The notes under the pieces were generated by a model. It saw nothing but the letters and a program-made list of their open reading frames with translations. It had not been told where the DNA came from and did not search any database. Position numbers and translations under genes: made by a program. From Toensbergia leucococca (Eukaryota): 64,000 bases of DNA. Location of the stretch: contig JALDZS010000084.1 in NCBI GenBank assembly GCA_022813965.1, positions 1-64,000 of the forward strand. The letters run 5' to 3'. Below are positions 1 through 12,652 of the stretch, one piece after another; position 1 is the first letter of the stretch; the number at the start of each line of letters is the position of its first letter.

Positions 1-1309
1 TTTCCTTCGTCTTTCGTCCTGTATAGTACTCAGTACCTAGATCAAGCCTTATCATAGTTCCTAAACCCCTGATACAGCTGTGCTGTTCTTGCCTAAGCCC
101 AGTTCCTGACAGTTATCTAAAATACACAAACATGCTCTTAACTTACTCACTGACTTAAAAGCTCTTTTAGATAGTAATATAACATTAAAAATAGTGATGA
201 CTTCATACTACATTAAGAGTATAATAAAGTTTATTACTAAATTCAAAACTCAGACCTTTAATAATTAGATTCTTACAGCTGTTAATATTATAACTGACAT
301 TATCATTCTGTTAAAGTTAATGATAAAACACATTTCTTAGCAACTTATCTCTTCTTTATTCTACATCATAGCAAGTAACTGAGTGTTAGGGTTCAAAATG
401 ATAGTTGGTGATCCCCTTGCTATGTTGCTGTCTCGCTCCCGTTCTACGTGCTAGGATCGCGAATATCTAGTGTGTGAGGCCGGAACAATCGATGATCCGG
501 GCCCGGGGACGCTAACCTAAGATAGAACCGTGACAGAAACAAAGTGTAAGGGTCTCTTTTAAGATTCCGAATTCTAAGTGTAATTAAAAGATAAGTACCT
601 ATCTAAGTGTAAAGTCACTGAATATACTGTGATAATGTTAAGTTACTTAGGGTTGCTGACTTATCTAACCTCATCTAACTATTCTAGCTCTAAAAAAGCA
701 CTGTTACACAAAGATAGTTTATAGATCTGAATGATAAGTAAGAAATTTTTGCAATCAGTTAATTTCTAGAGATTTATTGTCTTTCTTCTTTTTAAGTAAT
801 TTCATTATCATGTCTCATACTTATTTAACCTGTAAAGGTCAGTCTTAAGTCTGCAGACATGTAACTTAATTGATTAAAGCTGTCTCTTTCTCAGAATTCA
901 GTTTTGAATGATGTTTATTCAGAACTTGAACAGACATTCTCTCTTTAATTCTATCTTATAACATAGTTCTTAAAATATTATAGTGTCTCACTATCTTTTA
1001 GATGCTGAGTTTGAGGTCTTCTTTTCACAATTTAAAGACTTCTTTTAGTCATTGTTTTGAAGGCAATTCAGGAGAAAGTTTAGGTAAGAAGGGCCTGATA
1101 GGTGAGAAAGGTGAGAGAGAAGCATTTATAGATAATTTGAACATGATAATAGATAAATGGTATGTGAAAATAGTGGTTGCAAAGGTAAGGAGAAAAATTT
1201 GCGAAAAAATTTGCGAAAAATCAGCTAGTCAGCCCTAAGCCCTATAGGGTTGGCCGGTAGGGGGGTTTGGCCGGTAGGGGGGTTTGGCCGGTTGGGGGGT
1301 GAACCCTTC
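1..1309 (-). mobile_element. RIP-like degraded pogo/Fot1 (Tc1-mariner superfamily) DNA transposon relic with one terminal repeat; the 1-383 part may belong to other repeat debris
   Basis: AT- and TpA-rich. Minus-strand translation of ~700-1060 gives a stop-riddled HTH-psq/CENP-B-like N-terminus (LSI*KIVRHYNILRT...DRIKERMS...EKETALIN*VTCLQT*D*PLQVK*V*DMIMKLL...LEIN*LQKFL). The terminus has three 17-bp direct repeats (TTGGCCGGTAGGGGGGT, 1250-1300) and ends at TA 1310-1311. Confidence 0.75.
384..535. mobile_element. Short solo-LTR-like element (TG...CA)
   Basis: 152-bp CpG-retaining island in AT-rich DNA. It is bounded by TGTTAGGGTTC ... GAACCGTGACA (imperfect terminal inverted repeats). No matching TSD seen. 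Confidence 0.5.
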
Positions 1310-1472
1310 TATGGGGGATCTTTCGGACCCGGAAGAAGTTTTTCACGCCGACCGACATTATTGTGCCGTTTTTAGATACAAAGACCGCCAGAAAGATTCT
1401 TTCGCAGTAATCATTCTACTGCGTATCACTTCTACATACTGGATTTTAATGATATGGCATACCTAGGTCGTC

Positions 1473-4400
1473 ATGAATATCTCTCACCCAATTGCTTCCT
1501 ACATTGGAAGCGTCGAATTCGCCTTCCTCTCTCCCGAGGAGATCAAAGCCCTGTCTGTGAAAAAGATTCAGAACCCTACAACTTTCGATACCTTGCTTCA
1601 TCCAGTCCCGGGAGGGCTGTATGATGCCGCTCTAGGCGCGTGGGGTGATAATTCGTGAGTATCATGGCCAAGAGAACTTTGCCTCGATGCTAATCTAATT
1701 CTATCAAAGGTGCTCGACATGCTACTTGAATACCTACACATGCCCGGGCCATGTTGGACATATCGACCTCCCAGTCCCCGTTTACCATGTCACCTTTATG
1801 GACCAGCTGCTTCGATTACTCCGAGCTAAATGCGCTTACTGTCACCACCTAAGACTTCACCCAGCTGAAATCAATCGATTCATCTGTAAGCTTCGACTCA
1901 TTCAACATGGTCTGTTGGAGGAAGCAAAAGAACTGGACGACATCCACCTTAGACCAAAGATGGTTAAATCCAATGGCTTAGCTACAACCGGGGGGATGGA
2001 GAGTGATCAATCAGAAGAAGATGACCCAGACAGTCTCGTATACCGGAGAAATGACTTTGTCAAACATGCGATTAAGCAAGCTGGCAGTGGCAGGCATAGA
2101 GCTGCGACTGCGGCTGGAAAGTTTGAGGCTGTGGCCGAAGAGCGCCGAGCAGTCATCAAGGAATTTCTTGGCATCATTACCAAAGGAAAGACCTGTGGGA
2201 GTTGCAAGGGGTACGATCTCGGTTTTCCCGGTATTGTAGAGTCTAGAAATAACAAAATTCATATAGGGTTTCGCCGTCGTATCGGAAAGACCGGTATAGC
2301 AAGATATTTCGAAAGCCTTTAAATATCAAAGATCAGGCCAAGATGGCGCAGAATGGTTTCAAGGCCACTAACCCTCTCATTGTAGCTCTCAAGGAACGCA
2401 AAGCTGCGCAGAAGCTAATGCGCGAGGATCGTGACTTCGACGAAGGAATCGTTGCTGACTTCGAGGACATCACGTCAAACGAGGAAGATGAGGACATTGA
2501 ACTTCTGGAAACAGAGGGGCCGGATTCTGGCAAGATTATAGATGGTGTAGCTGGCTCCGCTCGAAAGAAGTCTAGAACAGAAGATAAGGAGGCGGAAACG
2601 TACGTAAATGCACAGGAAGTTCATGCATCAATAACGATACTGTTTGAGAAGGAGAAAGAGATCTTGGACTTGGTCTACAACAGCCATTTTGGTGGTGATG
2701 CTATGTCAATTAACGCAGATATGTTTTTCATCAAGACTCTACTAGTACCTCCCAATAAGTTTCGACCGGAAGCTAAAACCGGAGACGGGGAGATTGCTGA
2801 AGCGCAACAGAATTCTCTGTATAAGCAAATCTTGACCCAATGCGAGATTATGAATCAGATCAGAAAGGAAATGCTTGGTGTGGTGACTGAGACAGCCATG
2901 CGACAACGCGACATCAATGATCTTCAAAATGTGTGGGTACGTTTGCAGGACGCTGTGAACTCCCTCGTCGATCGCGATCGAAATCCCATACAGGGCGCAG
3001 CAGGTAAACAAAACGAAGATGGGATAAAACAGAAGCTTGAAAAAAAGGAGGGACTTTTTAGAAAGAACATGATGGGTAAAAGAGTCAATTTCGCCGCGAG
3101 AAGTGTCATATCCCCAGACCCTAACATCGAAACAAACGAGATCGGAGTTCCCCCAGTGTTTGCCAAGAAACTGACCTACCCAGAACCAGTGACAAACCAC
3201 AACTTCTACGAGTTGAAAGAGGCCGTTCTTAATGGCGTTGAGAAATGGCCTGGTGCTGCAGCAATCGAGAATGAGAATGGACAAGTCATCAACCTCAGGA
3301 CAAAGAACTTGGAAGAACGACAGGCATTGGCAAACCAGCTCCTGGCACCCTCGAGCACAAGCGTCACTGGTGCGAGGCCCAAGAAAGTTCATAGGCACCT
3401 TAATAACGGAGATATTGTTCTGATGAATAGGCAGCCCACGCTGCACAAACCATCTATCATGGGTCATCGTGCTCGTATCCTGCCAGGAGAGAAGACTATT
3501 CGCATGCACTATGCTAATTGCAACACCTACAATGCCGATTTTGACGGAGACGAGATGAACATGCACTTTCCACAGAATGAGATTGCTCGGGCTGAGGCTC
3601 TTCAAATTGCAGACACGGATCACCAGTATCTTGTAGCTACATCTGGCAAACCGCTTCGAGGTCTTATTCAAGACCACATCTCCATGGGCGTGTGGTTGAC
3701 AAATAGGGATACTTTCTTTGAGCGGGACGATTATTATCAGCTTCTCTACGCTTGCTTGAGACCTGAAAGCGGCCATACTACATCAGGTAAAATCGAATCC
3801 ATATTGCCAGCAATTTTGAAGCCTATTCCATTGTGGACTGGTAAACAAGTAATTACCAGTGTTCTGAAAAACATCACTCCAGAATCTCATCCGGGTCTGA
3901 CACTGCTTGGCAAGTCTCAAACACCAGGTGATTCGTGGGGCGAGAATTCAGAGGAAGGAACTGTTTTTTTTCAAGCTGGTGAACTCCTTTGCGGTATATT
4001 GGATAAAGCCCACCTGGGACCCAGTGGTGGGGGTTTCATACATTCTGTATATGAGGCATATGGGCATACCATAGCCGGAAAACTCATGAGCATACTCGGT
4101 AGACTTTTGACCAAGTTTTTACACATGCGGGCATTTACCTGCGGTATAGATGACCTTGTACTCACCAAAGAGAGCGATGAAGCTCGCCGACAGAAGCTTG
4201 GAGAAGCAAATACGATAGGCTTAGGTGTGGCAGCCAAATATGTGACGCTGGACCCAACGCCTGAGAGCACTGACCCCGAACTACGTACGCGTCTCGAGGA
4301 TGTCCTGCGGGATGATGAGAAACAAGCAGGCCTAGACATGGTTTACAACTCTAGAAATGCAAACCTGTCGTCGGAGACCACGTCTCTGTGCTTACCAGCT

Positions 4401-6830
4401 GGTCTGGGAAAGCCCTTCCCCCAGAATCAGATGCAAGCTATGACTACGTCGGGAGCAAAAGGGTCTTCGGTCAATGCGAGTTTGATCTCCTGTAATCTTG
4501 GGCAGCAAGTGCTGGAGGGAAGGAGAGTCCCTGTCATGGTTAGCGGAAAGACACTTCCATCATTCAAACCTTTTGAGACGAATGTTAGGGCAGGTGGATA
4601 TATTACTGACCGCTTTTTGACTGGCGTAAAACCACAGGAATACTTCTTCCATGCTATGGCCGGTCGTGAGGGCTTGATTGATACTGCGGTGAAGACATCA
4701 CGGTCTGGTTATTTGCAACGTTGCTTGATCAAGGGAATGGAGGGCTTGAAGGTGGAATATGACAATTCTGTCAGAGACTCGGACGGGACGATGGTCCAGT
4801 TCCTCTACGGTGAGGATGGTCTAGATGTCACCAAGCAGAAGCATCTTACAGACTTCAAGTTCTTGGCTGAGAACTACTTGTCTCTCGTTGCACAATTGAA
4901 CGTCAAGGCAGAGTTTGCGAAAATCGCCAATAGTGAAGCGACCGACTGGCAGAAGTCTGCAATGAAAAAAGTCAAAAAAAGCGGCCGAGTTGATGTTATG
5001 GACCCGGTCCTGGCTGTGTTCAATCCTGGCAGTACTATGGGCAGTACTTCTGAAAAGTTCGCGTTCGCGTTGAAAGCTGTAGGTAGCCCCTGTACCTTGA
5101 ATAACATACGATTCCAATGCTAACCGCTTGAATCATGTAGTATTGCGATGCAAATCCAGAAAATCTTCTAAAAGACAAGAAAAAAGCTCCAGATGCGGAT
5201 ATTTCGAAGAAAACCTTCAACACTCTACTGGATATGAAGTATATGAAGTCCGTTATCGAGCCTGGAGAAGCAGTAGGTATTGTTGCTGGACAGTCTATCG
5301 GAGAACCTTCCACTCAAATGACCTTGAACACTTTTCATCTGGCTGGCCATTCAGCCAAAAACGTCACTTTGGGTATTCCACGACTCCGTGAAATTGTCAT
5401 GACTGCGAGCAAGAATATATCGACACCTACCATGACATTGCACCTGATCCCAGAACTTACCAAAGAGGCCGGCGAAATGTTTGCTAAGGGCATCACGAAA
5501 CTCACATTAGGCGAGGTGATCGAGAGCGTTCATGTGAGTGAGAAGATTGGCGCCGGCGTTGGCTTTTCGAGAGCAAAGATGTATGAGATCAGGCTCGATT
5601 TCTTTCCCTCGGCAGAGTATCGAGACACATATGCCATCACAATTGCAGACGTCTTGCGCACTATTGAGTACAAATTCATACCACGTCTAGCTAAAACCAT
5701 CAGAAAAGAACTTATCCGTAAGGGCGACGCGAAGCTGCTGAAGGCAAGTGCTGCTCAGCCTGAAATTGGAAAATCTACAGGAGTCATTGAGGATGCTCCG
5801 GCGCGGCCTGAAGCAGACCATGAAGGAGGAGAAGATGACGAGGATGACGGCGGCGATGATGATGCGACCAATAACAAGCAAAAAGAGAATCGAGCAGAGG
5901 CAATATCCTATGCGGCGCCTGACGACGAAGAGGAAGCAATTTCCAAGGAGGCACAGCGTCAGTCTACTCCTGATGTGGAACTCGAGGATGAAGGTTTTGT
6001 TGGCAGTCCACATGGGCATCAAAGCGAAGATGATAGCCAGGACAAAGATGACAATGCCGAAGATGATCATCGGAGCATATTGGCGAAGGAAAGAGAAGAT
6101 AGGATCATGTCTAAAAATACCGATGTGACGAAGTTTTCCTTTGACAGCAAAAGCGGACAGTGGTGTGAGCTACGGCTCGAGGTACGCCCATATCAGAGCT
6201 TCCGCTGTCGTAGACTGATGACTGACTGATCTTGGGACATAGTATGATGTCGATACTGCCAAACTTCTCATGCTCAACCTGGTCGAATCCGCCTGCCACG
6301 ACGCCATCATCCAATCCATACCCGGCCTCGGCGTCTGCACCCTCAGCGAACAAAAGTCCAGCAACCCAGTCACTAACGTCGCGACCACTGCCCCCGTCGT
6401 CTTCACAGAAGGTGTAAATTTAACGGCCATGCGCGACTATCAATCCATTATCAACCCTCACAAGATCTTCACGAACGACATAGCCGCCATGCTCTCCCTC
6501 TACGGCGTCGAAGCCTGCCGCGCAACCATCATCCGCGAAATGGACTCGGTCTTCAAAGGTCACAGCATCAGCGTGGACAACCGTCATTTAAATCTGATCG
6601 CCGATATGATGACGAGGGGCGGGGGGTTCAGTCCATTTAATCGCAATGGGTTGAAGAGCGGGGTTAGTCCGTTTATGAAAATGAGCTTTGAGACGACGGT
6701 GAGCTTTTTGAGGGATGCAGTGCTGGACGGCGATTGGGACGATTTGCAGGGGCCGAGCGCGAGGATTGTGATGGGAAAGGTGGCTAAGGTGGGGACGGGG
6801 GCTTTTGATGTCATGATGCCTGTGGCTTGA
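1473..6830 (+). CDS. RPA190: DNA-directed RNA polymerase I largest subunit (spliced)
   Basis: Motifs [30 protein letters not shown], catalytic [23 protein letters not shown]. Acidic expander region typical of Pol I. GT-AG introns near 1656, 2210, 5079, 6182. Confidence 0.97.
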
Positions 6831-7154
6831 AGAGGGGGGTATTGGAGCTTGGGTTTGGTCGAATTTGCATTGGCATTGCAAGGTGCTTGGGATTTATTTT
6901 GGAGACATATACCTTGGTAGGAGAGTGAATATAGCTACATTTAAAAGTGGTTTTCACCTGGGTGGAGGATGTTTCGAGGAAGAGTCGTGCTCAACCCGGC
7001 AGACACAACCCGATATTGCTTTCACAAAATTCAAACAGCCTTCAACGAAGACCCCTTCTGTTCACCCGACCAATTTACTTCTATTATTGCAAAACAAAGG
7101 CCCCATCCACCACCCATCCTCCATTCCGTTCCATTCCATTTCTCCCTCCCTCCC

Positions 7155-10100
7155 TCACCCATAATTAAATGCATTCCGACAAAGCGGACAACTGCTCGAA
7201 TTGCTGCTCTTGAACCACCGAAACAAACAAGAACTATGAAACAGATTCTTGCAAGTCCCACACCGCTTACTCGGTAGCTGCTTATCCGCACTCACCACGC
7301 TGTAGCAAATGGCGCACTCGCTCTGCCCCTCGAGCCTCGCCATGACATTCTTCTTCCACGCCAACAAGCCGTCGATCAGCGACCCGTTCGAAAAGTTGAT
7401 CACCGCTTGCGTCGTGATGAGCCAGCTGCGCCATTTCTTTTCGTCGACGCCGACGCGGGAGATGCCTTCGACGGTGGCTTGGTGGAGGGGGTAGGTCGGG
7501 GGGAGGCGGATTGCAATTTGCATTTCTTGGTCGTCGATGGGGATGGCGGCGGTGATTTCGTGGGCTTTTGGGAGGACTTTTAGGAGGAGGGGTTGTGGAG
7601 TTGAGGGTTGGGTCGGCGCCCAGGTTGAGATGGTTTTTAGTTCGGAGGCGATTACTAGGGGGGAGATCTGGTGGTGGTGGATTAGGGAATTGGGTGTTTT
7701 CTGGGGTTGAAAGGGGAGGGACTGACATATTTTCCAGTCCATGCCTCGACTGCGATTACGGTTGGGCGGGAGCTGCAGTCTCTCCACCAGGTTTTGGAGA
7801 GTGTTGGGAGATGCTTTAGACAGAGGTAGTACAAGTTGATTAGAAGCCACTGGGAGTCCTTTTCCGGAGATTCTTCTCTGTCCGGTGTATATGTTTCAAT
7901 GTCAAACTTAGACGCATCGACGGGTTTGGATCTCGCATTAATCAGGAAATCAAATGTGAAGTCGAGCAGGCCTTTGAGATATGTTCCATCTTTTAGGCAG
8001 TCGACGTAGTCAGCCTTCACTTTATATGACGAATTTGTCCAATGATCAAAGACGAGTTTCCAACTTAGGAGATAGCCGCGTAACGACGACGGTACAGACC
8101 TCTCGAATGTAGAGTCGGCTATGGAATCTATGGTAGGGGCTGCCAAGATTAAAGATAGTAGCTTTTCGGGTAGTTTCGCGGTGAAGGTCTTCGAGAGCGC
8201 CTTGTCGAGAGAAATTTGCTCTTGAGTTCCGAGTATGTGACGATGCATTATCTCGTATGCTGACTCCTGCAATGCGACAGACTCGGAACCCAGCACAGAG
8301 TAAAGGTCCGTTGAGTTGTCACCTGAAGTAGGTGATAGGCTGGCTAATTGTCTCGCCAACAAACTATTGACCATCTTACGAGGTTGATGTGACTCATCGG
8401 GGGTGTCTGTCAAATTGCTTTTAAGTAAAGGAGAGGAAACGGTTGAAGGAGGCATACCCTGAAGTTCTTTCAATAGCCCTAGTAAGCCCCTGGTCATCGA
8501 TTCAATATGATCCAGCCATGAGTCTTGCAAGTCATCATTGGACTCTAACATAATAAGCTCTCTTAGACTGCGGAACTGCCGGAGACTAGCGTAAAGGGCA
8601 GGTATATCGCTGTCCTCAATCTCTTCTGAGAAAAACCACATATTCTTCATTGTTTCGATGATCTCGGCCCAAAAGGAACCATAAATGTCTTTAATCAGGG
8701 GTAAAACAGTGGTCAAGGCCTTCATAGTCTCGGTCTTCACTGGTAATGTTGCATAGCCTCCTTGGACTTGGGAAGCCAAGTGCTTGACAAAGAATACCAA
8801 GCGCTGCTGGGGGACCTCAGTTGTGAGAACGTCTGGCCTTTGGATGATGCAATTGAGTAATACCAACTGACGTAGACCTGTACAAATTAACAGAAGTATG
8901 AGATCTGGTCGAGAGGTATTTTACCTTCTCTTGTCTCTTTCCCAAAATCCTTCCCAGTGAGGTCAGCGAAAAGCTCGTTACGGAGTCTTAATAGAGCATT
9001 CGATTCCGGAACGGTCGTTAGGAATGCGCTCGAAGCGAAAATATCTGGGCCTCTTCGTATTGCTTTAAGGTGGTCAACTTCATTGTCAGAATTTATGAGG
9101 CCATGCGAAGTCTCCAAAAGCTCCTCAGTAATCGTAGAGTAGGCACGTGCGCTGTAGTACGATGCTGTTGAATATCCCCGAGAACCACGGAGCAAATTGC
9201 CTTGGACTTCAGTGATAAGAGATGACTTTGATTGAGACGCGCTCTGTAGCCAAGAAAGCAGTAACCCCTGAAGTTCAGAGACGAAGTCCACTATCTCAGG
9301 CTCCACGTCTAACTTGTTGTGATCCCATAGACCGTTTGACCCAGGTACACTAAGGTTGTCGCTAACAAGTTGCACAATCAGCATTAACGATTGACATGTA
9401 GTGACATGCTGCCCAGGCGAGATTAAGTCAAGAATGTTCGTGGACTTCATCATTTTAGTCGTATACCATGCCATCCGAAGCCCTGAAGAATAGCCATCAG
9501 CATCCCAGGAGATGATGTGTGCAGCAACATCGTGTGACGATGAAGGCTGCTCAATCATGTACAAGGCACAGCCCAGAGTGTTCGTGATCGCCAATGATAC
9601 ATTTGGAGATCGCTGTAACAATGGATCCAGCACGGCAGACCATTGGGTGAGATCAGGTAGAAGCTCTGCGGCCATGGCGATCTTTTCATCTCCCGAGGCT
9701 TGTTGCATCAGCTTTTGTGCTTGATCGACCAGAGAATCGATTCTATTCAGAGAAATCATCAGTCAGTGTACCAACTCCTTTTAGCGACATGCCTTGATTA
9801 GAACACACGACAAAGAGGTTTTCTCAACTCCATCTATGCCCTTATTGATTATCTCGATCATTGATCTGGCCCCCTTGCTAGAGCCTTTTTCATCGGAGAA
9901 TACGGCTTCTATAGCCGTACTAATATTTCGAGCTTGCAGAGAGATCTCGTCTTCAGGTGACTCCGTGAGAAACAGCAATTTTGAGAGAAGACTAGATCCA
10001 TTGGCAGAGGTGCTAAAAGTTTTCACGGCTTGGCCGTTGTGCTTGACTGCAAGTTCTAGGCCGTGGAGGCCTGCCATTGTCCGGTCTTCTATTGATAGGG

Positions 10101-12390
10101 CATCAGTCATGGTAGCAAGTAGTCGGTCGGTAAGGTCGGTAGACGCCAGTGGATTTGCTATAGCTGCGTTAACAAGATACCAGCTATTGTTATTGCCATT
10201 CATTGCGTGTTCTAAATTACGCTGGACCACTAATGGCAATTCTTCGATTCCAGCTGACTGAGCAAGATAAGAAGATGAGACAAGACTTTTCAGAGCATTG
10301 CCCCTTGCTGCAGATTCCGGTGCCTCGAGCAAGCATTGTACACTAGATCTATAGATTTCTCGAACGTCAACAACACCTTCCAACGAGTTCAGTAGATCGA
10401 CAAGATAGGGTGCCGATGGTGACAGCAGAAGGTTTGGAATGTCTTCCCGAGCAAAATCCATGAGGCTATCTTTGCTGTCATTGTTGACTAGTATAACCTC
10501 TGGTATCAATCGAGCAGCACGTTCTAAAGCTGCTCCAGCACCGTAAGGTTTGCCATTTCTAGTTTTGAGTATATAAATAGCTGAATTGACCTCAGAGGAG
10601 GAAGTGCCTGAGAAGAGGTCTTGAATGCGGTCCGATATACCCACTTTGAGAATAGCGGCTTGTAAAGAATACCATCTATCTACCTGTGCAGCGATGGATA
10701 GTTGTGATTTAGCGTAGTCTTTTGATTGCTCTGGGAGCGATGTCTGGAGGTCCTGGACAATCATCGAAGAGATGTTTTGCCATTCGTCCCTAAGCATTTC
10801 TTGGGCTCCTTGCAGAATCTGAAGAAATGCCTTTACGCATATAGATTGCTGCTGAGGGCCTGCGATTGTCCATTTTGATTGTGTATTCAGCGGTCTAATA
10901 TATTGGGAAATTAAGGGCAAAACAGACGTTTTGAAATGTTGATACCTGGTGGTCTCTCCCAGCATGGAGGATTGCAAGAGATCTGCCATGTCTAGATATG
11001 TATTCCAGGCGGCATTTTGATTGGATCTCGGTTCATCTTTGTGGATGAGACCAGTGTGTAGTGCGTCCAGTATTGGGGAGTGTGGCTCAAGAGAGTCCTC
11101 TGACATCTTCCCCGCCTCATCGGCTGAACTAGGATTTAGAATCATCATTGGGACATGGCTTAGCATTGCTGTAACCTGAGCCCAGTAGTCCACAGGGCCA
11201 CCTTGAGAACCCCTCCTTAAGAACTGACAGAGTTTCCTCGTCGCCGAAGATTTACCGGAGCCAGAGTAATACTCGGTCCAGACTTCGGGAAATTTAAGAG
11301 TTAGTAAAGAGAGTGCCTTGACATAGTCTAGCGAAGAACCTGCTTGATCATGATTCAGGCTTGACGTTAGTATGCTAGTGCTGATCGTCTTCATATTGAG
11401 AGCGTCGCTCTGCTTGATCAGGGTAACAACAAGCAACCTATAGAGAGCACGACGGACAAAAGCATCAGAATCTGATGCAAGAGCCCAAACCTTTTCCTGA
11501 CTTAAAAACCCATGATAGGTGGACTGCTGCTTTCGAAACTCTTCTGGCGGCATATTATCTTTCAAGATCTTCTGGTAAGCATGTGTCTGATCGTGGAATC
11601 AGAGACGTATTGATAGAGACATACCCATGATATGAGTCACCAGTGAGATGGCGGTACCTGCCATTCGAGCGTATTTGGCTGCAGCATCATCAGGACTGGT
11701 AGTCCGTTCATCACTCAAAGTGTAGACAGTCTCTTTCAGTACAGCGTCTCTGGAGTATTCCAAGACGGATAAATGAAACACTTTCCATACGTTTCTCATT
11801 TTCTCCTCGGAAGGAAAGACTTGCTTAAATGATTCTTGAGCGGCACGAATGACAGTCTTATCATTATCATATAGACCGGCCAGCCAAGGACCCACCACCT
11901 TGGGCATATACTTCAATATCCTCTTTCCGCATGAGACGGACAGCTGGCCCTGAAGGAGATGTGCAAGTTGACGGACCCGACGAGCACTGTCTATAGAGGT
12001 ACGAGGATAAATTTTGATCTAAGATGATAATATTGTATTACTACCACGAAGTACAAGCCCAGCGAATTCTCCAAAGAGACGCACCCAAGTCTCCAGTATA
12101 GTATCCTCCATCCCACCAGCATCCACTCCGATCGACAAGGCATTGGCATGCAAATCTTCTAGCGCCTTTGCTTTGGTTGTGCTATCCTTTTTCTGTAGAT
12201 TTTTAAAGGCAACTACCATATTAGGGTCGGAAATACCACTAAGATCTGGGGGCTCATAAACATATGAGAGAGGCGAAGAAGAGACAGCGCCAAAGGCCGA
12301 TGGAGCTCCAAAGCTTCTTTCTGGTGTTCCGAAGGCCCCCGACACAGCTCGACTACTGGATGCCTGCGACTTGAACTGCTTCTTACTCAT
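7155..12390 (-). CDS. RKR1: E3 ubiquitin ligase listerin (ribosome quality control), spliced
   Basis: N-terminal KNLQKKDSTTKAKAL motif, long HEAT-like body, C-terminal RWD and RING (CAICYSVV...CGTCKNLFHSSCLFRWFKSSNSSSCPLCR). Confidence 0.95.
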
Positions 12391-12652
12391 GGCGTGGTGA
12401 CAAGACAGCTGTCGGAAGTGGAGGCAGGAGTTGTTATCATATGGCCGCCTCTTTTGAAGTTTGTGTTCGAGATGAAGCCAACATTGCCTAGCGACTCGAG
12501 ACTCTGTGATGAGGATGAGATTATATTCGCCTAAGCCATAGGGCTGATAGGGCTGGGGCTGGTTTGACTCATCCAGCCCTTACCCAAAGAGGCTTCAATA
12601 TAAAAAAGTAGAAAGCTCGCCGAAAACCTCAGCAGAGGAACGTGGGTCCAAG

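Noticed and set aside
1002..1238. 78-aa plus-strand ORF
   Set aside because: Antisense to the degraded transposase; no protein features.
2742..3776. 344-aa antisense ORF in RPA190 (similarly 14335-15165 in RAD3 and 50059-50727 in NMA111)
   Set aside because: Shadow ORFs expected from codon bias of the sense genes.
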